Part shown: one piece after another, positions 1-6,317 of the stretch
Numbering within the stretch: the stretch's first letter is position 1
How the letters are laid out: each line of letters opens with the position of its first letter
Virus record (IMG/VR): IMGVR_UViG_3300032233_002946
Span: 1 to 31,451 of that record
Origin: a virus
Taxonomy: Duplodnaviria > Caudoviricetes
Length of the DNA stretch: 31,451 bases
Reading direction: 5' to 3' (one strand)
Made by a program: the position numbers and the translations under genes
Notes under the pieces: model-generated
What the model was told of the DNA's origin: nothing
Databases searched by the model: none
The model's input: the letters and a program-made list of their open reading frames with translations, nothing else

Positions 1-174
1 AATGGTTCTATCATGGACAATCAAGAACGTGTAATTCCTACTTGGGCAGACATTCTTAACCGTGCTGGACTCGGTTTTGAAGTAATGCACGAAAGGAATG
101 CTCACAATTTCCCATTGGATCTTGCTGCTGCTTCTACTACTGAAGTTGCTTTGACTGCACCTTCAATTGGTTGA
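1..174 (+). CDS. psbA: Photosystem II D1 protein, 3' end (partial, approx. residues 303-359)
   Basis: Frame 1 reads [57 protein letters not shown], the D1 C-terminus with its processed extension. Confidence 0.99.
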   Translation, partial: NGSIMDNQERVIPTWADILNRAGLGFEVMHERNAHNFPLDLAAASTTEVALTAPSIG

Positions 175-192
175 TTGATTGTGATATAATAG

Positions 193-218
193 AGGGGATC
201 CTTCGGGATCCTTTTTTT
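193..218 (+). terminator. Rho-independent terminator after psbA
   Basis: GGATCC-TTCG-GGATCC hairpin (C-UUCG-G tetraloop) followed by T7. Confidence 0.92.
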
Positions 219-225
219 ATAAATA
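218..225 (+). promoter_or_regulatory. T4-type late promoter for the endonuclease gene
   Basis: Perfect TATAAATA 25 nt upstream of ATG 251. Confidence 0.85.
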
Positions 226-226
226 A

Positions 227-248
227 TAATGCACGATATGCACGATAT
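227..248 (+). repeat. Tandem 9-mer ATGCACGAT x2, candidate operator
   Basis: Copies at 229-237 and 238-246; TAATGCACGA 227-236 is identical to psbA 83-92. Confidence 0.8.
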
Positions 249-250
249 AA

Positions 251-682
251 ATGCCTAAAACAACTCAGACAACTGGAACCAAGTATTGCAAAGGTTGCGA
301 TGCTACAAAATTAATTGATGAATTTTATTTGAGAAATAAAACCAGTATGGTTAGACACTCAACTTGTAAAGAATGTGATAAGAGGAGAGTTTCTGCAACA
401 CCATCCATTGTAAAAAGGGAGCAGGCACTTAAAAGAATGTATGGAATTACTCAACAGGATTATGATAAGATGCTTTTAGAACAAAATAATCAATGTGCTA
501 TTTGTGGAACAACTGAACCAAAGGGTAGACATACAAGTAATTATTTTGTTGTAGATCATTGTCATAATTCGGGTAAAGTAAGAAAACTTTTATGCCATCA
601 CTGCAACACCTCTCTTGGACTTGTAGGTGATAATATTTCAACATTAGAAGAAATGATTAAATACCTACAAAAGCATCAATAA
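251..682 (+). CDS. Free-standing homing endonuclease, Endonuclease VII/HNH family (F-CphI-like)
   Basis: N-terminal CxxC...CKEC zinc motif; YGIT..DY..ML.EQ...CAIC...VDHCH..GKVR.LLC..CN..LG Endo VII signature; directly downstream of psbA. Confidence 0.9.
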   Translation: MPKTTQTTGTKYCKGCDATKLIDEFYLRNKTSMVRHSTCKECDKRRVSATPSIVKREQALKRMYGITQQDYDKMLLEQNNQCAICGTTEPKGRHTSNYFVVDHCHNSGKVRKLLCHHCNTSLGLVGDNISTLEEMIKYLQKHQ

Positions 683-685
683 AAA

Positions 686-751
686 ATGCTCCTCATCCTC
701 CTGTTCTTCCAACTCTTCGGAGTGTTCCTCTTTCTAATGTCCCTACTATGA
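686..751 (+). CDS. 21-aa hydrophobic peptide (MLLILLFFQLFGVFLFLMSLL)
   Basis: Starts 3 nt after the upstream stop; ATGA overlap with the next ORF; single TM-like helix. Confidence 0.5.
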   Translation: MLLILLFFQLFGVFLFLMSLL

Positions 752-873
752 TAACCTCCACCACTCCATATAAACTCGCAGAGATTATCAGAGATACTTG
801 GCCCAACCTTTACAGACCGATGAAAATGGTCTATAATAAGAAAGAACCTGAACCCAATAATGAACAAATATAA
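748..873 (+). CDS. Small hypothetical cyanophage protein, 41 aa (MITSTTPYKLAEIIRDTWPNLYRP...)
   Basis: Manual translation; overlaps both neighbouring ORFs. Confidence 0.65.
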   Translation: MITSTTPYKLAEIIRDTWPNLYRPMKMVYNKKEPEPNNEQI

Positions 874-1159
874 TACTGAAGATTACTTCTCAGTAAGAGA
901 AAGAAGGACTGGAAGAAAGATTTGTGATTGTGGGGATTTTGAAGATGCAAGAATGATTATGTATATGGATGCACCAAATCGTGAAATTGTAAAAAACAAA
1001 ACACTCATGAGTCCAGTGATTGATATTGAAATGCCCAAAGCACTTCCAACCACAAATATTTCTGTGTCCAATGTTCCAGAGAATGGATGTGCTCCTCGTC
1101 GGCAACAACTTGGACAAATCAAACTACCAGAAGGACAACAAGAGCCTTTTAGGGTATGA
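860..1159 (+). CDS. Hypothetical cyanophage protein
   Basis: 99-aa ORF in operon; ATGA overlap with next ORF. Confidence 0.8.
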   Translation: MNKYNTEDYFSVRERRTGRKICDCGDFEDARMIMYMDAPNREIVKNKTLMSPVIDIEMPKALPTTNISVSNVPENGCAPRRQQLGQIKLPEGQQEPFRV

Positions 1160-1386
1160 ACCATCGTAAAAGAAAACAATTAGAAAGATATAACTATAAT
1201 AAAACTTTTTTTCCTAAGAAAGAAATGTATACACCTGAGGGTTACTTGAACGATCCCCCAGATGCTAAATGTCCATACTGTGGGGAATCTGGAAAGGGAT
1301 GTTCTTATATAAATTCATTAAGTCGTGCTTGGATTAGAGGTGCATGTAAATACAAATATGATAAAAAGAATACTAAAGATTTTTAA
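1156..1386 (+). CDS. Hypothetical protein with CPYC...C...C putative metal-binding motif
   Basis: 76-aa ORF, coupled start. Confidence 0.7.
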   Translation: MNHRKRKQLERYNYNKTFFPKKEMYTPEGYLNDPPDAKCPYCGESGKGCSYINSLSRAWIRGACKYKYDKKNTKDF

Positions 1387-1480
1387 AAGAGACCAAGACA
1401 TCACTTACTATGATGAGTTTCATTACATCTATATCACACTCAAAGAACTTATAGGGGTCATAAAAACGAGCAATAAATAA
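1358..1480 (+). CDS. Small hypothetical protein, 40 aa (MIKRILKIFKRDQDITYYDEFHYIYITLKEL...)
   Basis: Manual translation; fills the gap between 1386 and 1500. Confidence 0.6.
   Translation: MIKRILKIFKRDQDITYYDEFHYIYITLKELIGVIKTSNK
1472..1479 (+). promoter_or_regulatory. Late promoter
   Basis: AATAAATA 20 nt upstream of ATG 1500. Confidence 0.7.
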
Positions 1481-1499
1481 CAATAAGTTGCTAAACTTT

Positions 1500-1871
1500 A
1501 TGGAACTTTACACTTCTCCGCAGGAATACCTTTTTAATCTTAAAACTTCATCAACACAAGAAGCAAAACGATTATGGAGAAGATCAATCAAAGAGAAATG
1601 GAATCACGAATGTGCTTATTGTGGGTCTGATCAAAATTTAACAATTGATCATGTAGTTCCACAGTGTAAAGGTGGAAGTGACTTTATTACAAATGTAATT
1701 TGTTGTTGTGAGTCGTGCAATCGGGATAAGGCACATACAGATTGGCAAACTTGGTTTTATAATCAAGAATTCTTTACAGAAGAAAAGTATAATTCTATAT
1801 TGGATTGGATGAAACCACAATCAAATACAAATCTATATAAGTACAGACCAAGACGAAATAATGCATCTTAA
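1500..1871 (+). CDS. HNH endonuclease (McrA-like)
   Basis: CAYCG...LTIDHVVP..KGG....N....C..CN..K motif; ATG 1500 preferred to TTG 1488. Confidence 0.9.
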   Translation: MELYTSPQEYLFNLKTSSTQEAKRLWRRSIKEKWNHECAYCGSDQNLTIDHVVPQCKGGSDFITNVICCCESCNRDKAHTDWQTWFYNQEFFTEEKYNSILDWMKPQSNTNLYKYRPRRNNAS

Positions 1872-1876
1872 CATTT

Positions 1877-1972
1877 ATGGATGATGGTAGTATCTACCCC
1901 ATTGCTTCCGAAGTAATGGGGATCTTAATTTCATTTTTAATAATTCTTATACCTTTGCTAATAATTTTATGA
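1877..1972 (+). CDS. 31-aa single-TM peptide (MDDGSIYPIASEVMGILISFLIILIPLLIIL)
   Basis: Manual translation; ATGA overlap with glutaredoxin. Confidence 0.6.
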   Translation: MDDGSIYPIASEVMGILISFLIILIPLLIIL

Positions 1973-2217
1973 GTTTTACGGTTTATTCAAAACATGGTTG
2001 TCCATATTGTGACAAAGTTAAAACAGTATTAAATCATGTTTCTATAACAAAAGGAGAACAAATTGTTTGTTATGAGTTGGGAACTAATTTTACCAGAGAA
2101 GAGTTCTATGCTGAATTTGGTGAAGGTTCTACATTCCCACAAGTCATTTATAGTCAACAGCATCTAGGTGGATGTTCAGATACTGTTAAGTATTTGCAAG
2201 AAAATAATATGTTATAA
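1969..2217 (+). CDS. nrdC: Glutaredoxin
   Basis: CPYC active site; TFPQV and LGG motifs. Confidence 0.93.
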   Translation: MSFTVYSKHGCPYCDKVKTVLNHVSITKGEQIVCYELGTNFTREEFYAEFGEGSTFPQVIYSQQHLGGCSDTVKYLQENNML

Positions 2218-2399
2218 TGTCTATAAATAAGTTTGATGGTCACGATATAAATCGTGGATTTGAGTTAATGCTTCGTAGAGGAGGAAAGACGATTCCAGAA
2301 GAACTTAAAGAAAGAGAGTTCCATTTTGGCAAAGTTTTTTCTCTTTTAAAAAGAGAAATACATATTGAATTTAAACTCTCTGTTATTAAAAAAATGTAA
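2217..2399 (+). CDS. Hypothetical protein
   Basis: 60-aa ORF with TAATG overlap; contains TATAAATA at 2222-2229. Confidence 0.65.
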   Translation: MSINKFDGHDINRGFELMLRRGGKTIPEELKEREFHFGKVFSLLKREIHIEFKLSVIKKM

Positions 2400-2417
2400 A
2401 TCTCTCGGAGAAAGAAA

Positions 2418-2657
2418 ATGACCGCACCAGAACTCACACTTTTTTGTTTAGTTAGTTTTCTTTTTTTATTCGTTGGTGGAGTTATCGGTTGGTTAGGAAG
2501 AAATCTTAGTTTTGAATTTCAAAGAAATCAAGGTTATCTTCATCCAGAATTTTTTGATGATGATGGAAATGTAATTGCAGATGAAGTCATTGCAGTTAGA
2601 TTTGATCCATTAATGTTTGAAGAAATTGAAGAGGTAGAAGGAGAAGACGAGGATTAA
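2418..2657 (+). CDS. Hypothetical membrane-anchored cyanophage protein
   Basis: GGAG SD; N-terminal TM helix; HPEFFD..GN motif; acidic tail. Confidence 0.8.
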   Translation: MTAPELTLFCLVSFLFLFVGGVIGWLGRNLSFEFQRNQGYLHPEFFDDDGNVIADEVIAVRFDPLMFEEIEEVEGEDED

Positions 2658-2692
2658 TCTAAATAGTAAAAATTGAATTGAAAGTAACTATT

Positions 2693-3283
2693 ATGCCTAC
2701 AAGAACACCAGTTAAAAAAGCAGCAGCACCAAAGGAAGTTAGTATTGAACTTCCAGCAAATCCATTTGCATTTGAAATTTTTGATCTTATAAACAAACAA
2801 AGGTCTGCTGCAAAAAAAGTAGAAATTTTACAAAAGTATGATCACCCTTCTTTGAAGGCATTGTTTATTTGGAATTTTGATGATTCTGTAATTACAATTC
2901 TTCCTCCTGGTGATGTTCCATATTCAAACTTGAAAAATGAACAAAAGTTTAAAGGAACTTTATCTGATAAGGTAGAAAATTTAGTAGATACCATGGAGTA
3001 TAATGAAACTACTTCACTTGGAAATGCAAGTGATTTGACTGGTGGTCATACTACTATTCGTAAAGAATTTAAGAGATTTTATAATTTTATTAAAGGTGGA
3101 AATGATTCCCTTTCTGGTCTTCGTAGAGAGACTATGTTCATTCAAATGTTGGAAGGACTTCATCCACTTGAAGCACAAATTGTCTGTCTTGTGAAAGATA
3201 AAAAACTTCAATCAAAATATAAAATCACAAAAGAAATAGTATCAGAAGCATTTCCTGATATTAATTGGGGTGGACGTTCATAG
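2693..3283 (+). CDS. Conserved T4-like cyanophage hypothetical protein
   Basis: LPPGDVPY and RRETMFIQMLEGLHPLEA motifs; ATG 2693 preferred. Confidence 0.85.
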   Translation: MPTRTPVKKAAAPKEVSIELPANPFAFEIFDLINKQRSAAKKVEILQKYDHPSLKALFIWNFDDSVITILPPGDVPYSNLKNEQKFKGTLSDKVENLVDTMEYNETTSLGNASDLTGGHTTIRKEFKRFYNFIKGGNDSLSGLRRETMFIQMLEGLHPLEAQIVCLVKDKKLQSKYKITKEIVSEAFPDINWGGRS

Positions 3284-3291
3284 GATATAAA

Positions 3292-3549
3292 ATGAATATT
3301 ATACATAAAAACTGTGAAAAATCTGCTGCCAAAAATAAAGAACTTCCAATTAATTCGTATCTTGTAACTTACATTTTTGAAGATAAAGAATCATACGATA
3401 TTATTCAAGCATCAGGTAGAGTAGAAATATTTGACTATTATTATGATAATTGTGGAAAAGGAAATGTTTTGAAAATTGAATGGACTGATGGTAAAATTAG
3501 TCCAAAAGTTTATGGGTATGTACCAAAAGAAACCAAGAAAAAAAGATGA
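3292..3549 (+). CDS. Hypothetical cyanophage protein
   Basis: ORF track frame; ATG 3292 follows AGGA. Confidence 0.8.
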   Translation: MNIIHKNCEKSAAKNKELPINSYLVTYIFEDKESYDIIQASGRVEIFDYYYDNCGKGNVLKIEWTDGKISPKVYGYVPKETKKKR

Positions 3550-3719
3550 CTGATAATAACATTAAAGCAAATATCAATTTTGAAGAATTTCAAAATATTA
3601 AAAAACATTATAAGAAGATTAAAAAATATATGAAATCTTCTCTTTATGAAATTAAAAAGTTAGATGGAACAGAAAAATTTGTAACTAATCTCCTCAAAGA
3701 AAGTGAACAAGAGTTATAA
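3546..3719 (+). CDS. Hypothetical protein, 57 aa (MTDNNIKANINFEEFQNIKKHYKKIKKYMKSSLYEIKKLDG...)
   Basis: Manual translation; ATGA overlap with upstream ORF. Confidence 0.7.
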   Translation: MTDNNIKANINFEEFQNIKKHYKKIKKYMKSSLYEIKKLDGTEKFVTNLLKESEQEL

Positions 3720-3721
3720 AT

Positions 3722-3737
3722 TGTATCAAATGTTACA
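3722..3737. promoter_or_regulatory. NtcA binding site
   Basis: TGTA-TCAAATGT-TACA matches the GTA-N8-TAC consensus; intergenic; flanked by an A-tract. Confidence 0.8.
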
Positions 3738-3756
3738 AAATTAATTGACTAAATAA

Positions 3757-3816
3757 TCGAACGTTCATTTGCTATTTGCGAATAGCAAACGGAAGTAGGA
3801 ATACCGAAGGAACGCA
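3757..3816 (+). ncRNA. Glutamine riboswitch (glnA RNA / Downstream-peptide class)
   Basis: P1 CGTTC 3762-3766 pairs with GAACG 3810-3814; P2 TTTGCTATT-TGCG-AATAGCAAA; CGGAAGTAGG...CCGAAGGAACGC E-loop/P3 signature. Confidence 0.9.
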
Positions 3817-3844
3817 AATTTACCAAAAGTAAAGGAGCACCCTA

Positions 3845-3943
3845 ATGAAAATTAAAAACAACTGGCAACTTATTTTAATCAAACAACAAAAAGAAAAAGA
3901 ACAACGCAAACACCAAGCAAAACTAGCAATGGCAATGCGATGA
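3845..3943 (+). CDS. Riboswitch-linked 32-aa basic peptide (MKIKNNWQLILIKQQKEKEQRKHQAKLAMAMR)
   Basis: Strong SD AAAGGAG 3831-3837; lies between riboswitch and terminator. Confidence 0.8.
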   Translation: MKIKNNWQLILIKQQKEKEQRKHQAKLAMAMR

Positions 3944-3946
3944 TCT

Positions 3947-3976
3947 AAAAGAGACCTTGACAGGTCTCTTTTTTTT
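3947..3976 (+). terminator. Rho-independent terminator
   Basis: AAAAGAGACCT-TGAC-AGGTCTCTTTT followed by a T tract. Confidence 0.9.
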
Positions 3977-3985
3977 ATGTAAAAT
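3957..3985 (+). promoter_or_regulatory. Sigma70-type early promoter embedded in the terminator
   Basis: TTGACA(3957-3962)-N17-TAAAAT(3980-3985). Confidence 0.8.
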
Positions 3986-4006
3986 CATAGTATATACTAT
4001 GGAGTC

Positions 4007-4162
4007 ATGAATCGAGACAAATTAAAACTGATTGTTAAAAATTTGGAACTTCTTATTGATGGTTTAAAGGAAGAAATTTATTCTGATCCAAGTTCATATA
4101 GATATGAAGATTCAACAAATCGAGTTGTAGATTATGATGAAGTATTTGAAGATGATGATTAA
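4007..4162 (+). CDS. Small acidic hypothetical protein, 51 aa (MNRDKLKLIVKNLELLIDGLKEEIYSD...)
   Basis: Manual translation; first gene after the early promoter. Confidence 0.8.
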   Translation: MNRDKLKLIVKNLELLIDGLKEEIYSDPSSYRYEDSTNRVVDYDEVFEDDD

Positions 4163-4176
4163 TCGGAGAAAACAAA

Positions 4177-4371
4177 ATGGTTTATGAACAATTAACTGCA
4201 TACGAAAGAGCACTTGCTCGTTTTGGTGATTCTTGTGCTCTTATAGCAGGATTAGAAATTACTGGAAAAATCACACCAGAACAAGCATATCAAGAAATTA
4301 AAACAACTTACAAAGAACTAAAAAAACTTCGTAAAGTTGAAAAAGATGAATGGGAAGAAGTAGAAGTATGA
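4177..4371 (+). CDS. Small conserved hypothetical protein
   Basis: GGAG SD; GLE..GKITPEQAYQEIK motif. Confidence 0.8.
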   Translation: MVYEQLTAYERALARFGDSCALIAGLEITGKITPEQAYQEIKTTYKELKKLRKVEKDEWEEVEV

Positions 4372-5123
4372 AACCAGTAAAAGCAAAAGATCTTCTAGAA
4401 CTAGATAGAGAAATGAAAGTTGTGATGCTTCGTCAGACACAACTTCCACAAACTCTTGTATGGCAAGGAGGAAAGAATGATTATTCTGAGGAACCCATTC
4501 ATACGAAATTCCCTCCGAGTGAAACGGAATGTGGAAAATGGGCTACTGATCAATTACTTGCAAATGAACGTGGACACTGGGGTCCGTTGGAACATCCTGC
4601 GATTACTTTGGACTGCGTTGGATTTGTTCATAATGTAATGGTTCAGGCACGAACTCATCGTGTGGGTGTGTCGTTTGATGTTCAATCCCAACGTTATACT
4701 GGTCGTCGTGTACTCAAAGTTGCTAGTGGTGATTTGAAACCTGAAGAGGTTTATTATGTACGTCCTCCTGGTCTTTATTTAGACCGTAAGGCACACAAGT
4801 ATGAATGGACACAGGAAGATTATGAAAGGCAGTTAAAGTTCTGTCTGTCGGCATCTGAAAGGTATGCAGAAGCATTTAATACTCGTGGTATGGCAGAAGA
4901 ACATCTTCGGGATTATCTTCCTCAAAACATTCGTCAAAACTTTGTGGTTTCGTTCTCATTGAGAGCAGCACTTCACTTCTTGGATTTAAGGGCAAAACTT
5001 GATGCTCAATTGGAAATTCAAGCACTTTGTGAAGGTATGGTTCCAATTATTAAAGAATGGGTTCCAGAAATCTTTAGTTATTATGAAGAAAAAAGGTTAC
5101 ATAAAGCTAGATTGTCTCCATAA
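4368..5123 (+). CDS. thyX: FAD-dependent thymidylate synthase
   Basis: GHWGPLEH; Q.RTHR...SFDVQSQRY ThyX signature; R....AQLEI; ATGA-coupled start at 4368. Confidence 0.95.
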   Translation: MKPVKAKDLLELDREMKVVMLRQTQLPQTLVWQGGKNDYSEEPIHTKFPPSETECGKWATDQLLANERGHWGPLEHPAITLDCVGFVHNVMVQARTHRVGVSFDVQSQRYTGRRVLKVASGDLKPEEVYYVRPPGLYLDRKAHKYEWTQEDYERQLKFCLSASERYAEAFNTRGMAEEHLRDYLPQNIRQNFVVSFSLRAALHFLDLRAKLDAQLEIQALCEGMVPIIKEWVPEIFSYYEEKRLHKARLSP

Positions 5124-5125
5124 AA

Positions 5126-5284
5126 ATGAAAACCTATTGTGTTAAGGACCATCTTACAGGTAAAATATTTAAAGTTTTTTTTAGTGAACAAGAATTTCAA
5201 GATTTTTTAAAAAAGAATCCAGAGATTGATGAATGCATTAATTGTATTGAATGTGATGATGCTCCTTCTATTTGTATAGAATAA
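5126..5284 (+). CDS. 52-aa Cys-rich hypothetical protein
   Basis: MKTYCVKDHLTGKIFKVFFSEQEFQDFLKKNPEIDECINCIECDDAPSICIE; starts 2 nt after the thyX stop. Confidence 0.7.
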   Translation: MKTYCVKDHLTGKIFKVFFSEQEFQDFLKKNPEIDECINCIECDDAPSICIE

Positions 5285-5287
5285 ATA
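5280..5287 (+). promoter_or_regulatory. Late promoter
   Basis: AATAAATA upstream of the 5314 ORF and phoH. Confidence 0.6.
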
Positions 5288-5313
5288 CTTTTATATAAAA
5301 TGGAGATTTAATT

Positions 5314-5556
5314 TTGGCAATATATCCAATTATTAACAAAGAAACTGGTGAGACGAAAGTGATTGAAATGAGTGTTCATGACATCACGCAGTGGTATCAG
5401 GACAATCCAGAGTGGTCAAGGGATTGGTCGCAAGGATCCGCAAGTCCAGGAGAGGTTGGTGAGTGGAAGGATAAACTTATCAGTCGCAATCCTGGATGGA
5501 ATGATGTTCTCCATAAAGCAAGCAAAGCACCTGGTTCAACAGTGAAAAAAATCTAA
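5314..5556 (+). CDS. Conserved cyanophage hypothetical protein upstream of phoH (TTG start)
   Basis: GGAG SD; TAATG overlap with phoH. Confidence 0.85.
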   Translation: MAIYPIINKETGETKVIEMSVHDITQWYQDNPEWSRDWSQGSASPGEVGEWKDKLISRNPGWNDVLHKASKAPGSTVKKI

Positions 5557-6317
5557 TGGCAAGAAAAAGAAGAAGCAGCAGTGAAAACCAGCCAATCGGA
5601 GTTGGATTAACTACAAAGCAAATGAAAAGAAGAAAACCAATTGGACCAGAATTACTTTTAGATATTGAACCATTAACAGAAAATCAAAAGAAACTTTTTG
5701 ATGCTTATGCACTTGGTAAGCAAATAGTTGCTTATGGCGCTGCTGGTACTGGCAAAACTTTCATTACACTTTATAATGCACTGAAAGATGTTTTGAATCC
5801 AATTACTCCTTATGAGCAAATCTATATTGTTCGTTCACTTGTAGCAACAAGAGAGATTGGATTTCTTCCTGGAACACATGAAGATAAATCATCACTTTAT
5901 CAAATTCCTTATAAGAATATGGTGAAGTATATGTTTCAGATGCCTTCTGATGCAGAGTTTGAGATGCTTTATGGAAATTTAAAAACTCAAGAGACGATTA
6001 AGTTTTGGAGTACTTCATTTGTTCGTGGTACTACCTTGGACAATTCAATTATTATTGTGGATGAATTTCAAAATCTTAATTTTCATGAATTGGATTCTAT
6101 TATTACTCGTGTTGGTGAAAATAGTAGAGTTTGTTTTTGTGGTGATGCAAGTCAATCAGATCTAGTAAAAGCAAATGAAAGAAGTGGCATTGTTGACTTC
6201 ATTAATATCTTGAGAAAAATGCCTTCTTTTGATATGATTGAATTTGGTATTGACGATATTGTTCGTTCGGGCATTGTCAAAGAATATCTTGTAGCAAAAA
6301 CTGAACTTGGATTGTAA
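5556..6317 (+). CDS. phoH: PhoH-family ATPase
   Basis: GAAGTGKT Walker A; IGFLPG, RGTT, IIVDEFQN and GD..QSD motifs. Confidence 0.97.
   Translation: MARKRRSSSENQPIGVGLTTKQMKRRKPIGPELLLDIEPLTENQKKLFDAYALGKQIVAYGAAGTGKTFITLYNALKDVLNPITPYEQIYIVRSLVATREIGFLPGTHEDKSSLYQIPYKNMVKYMFQMPSDAEFEMLYGNLKTQETIKFWSTSFVRGTTLDNSIIIVDEFQNLNFHELDSIITRVGENSRVCFCGDASQSDLVKANERSGIVDFINILRKMPSFDMIEFGIDDIVRSGIVKEYLVAKTELGL

Noticed and set aside
1-174. Group I intron in psbA
   Set aside because: The frame is continuous through the visible part; upstream sequence is outside the window
676-1820. Minus-strand ORFs 676-867, 883-1179, 890-1117 and 1638-1820
   Set aside because: Antisense shadows of a tightly packed plus-strand operon, with no recognisable motifs
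4368-5123. ThyX instead of ThyA as a novelty
   Set aside because: ThyX is the common thymidylate synthase in T4-like cyanophages
5284-5556. Pho box upstream of phoH
   Set aside because: No convincing 11-bp-period direct repeat seen
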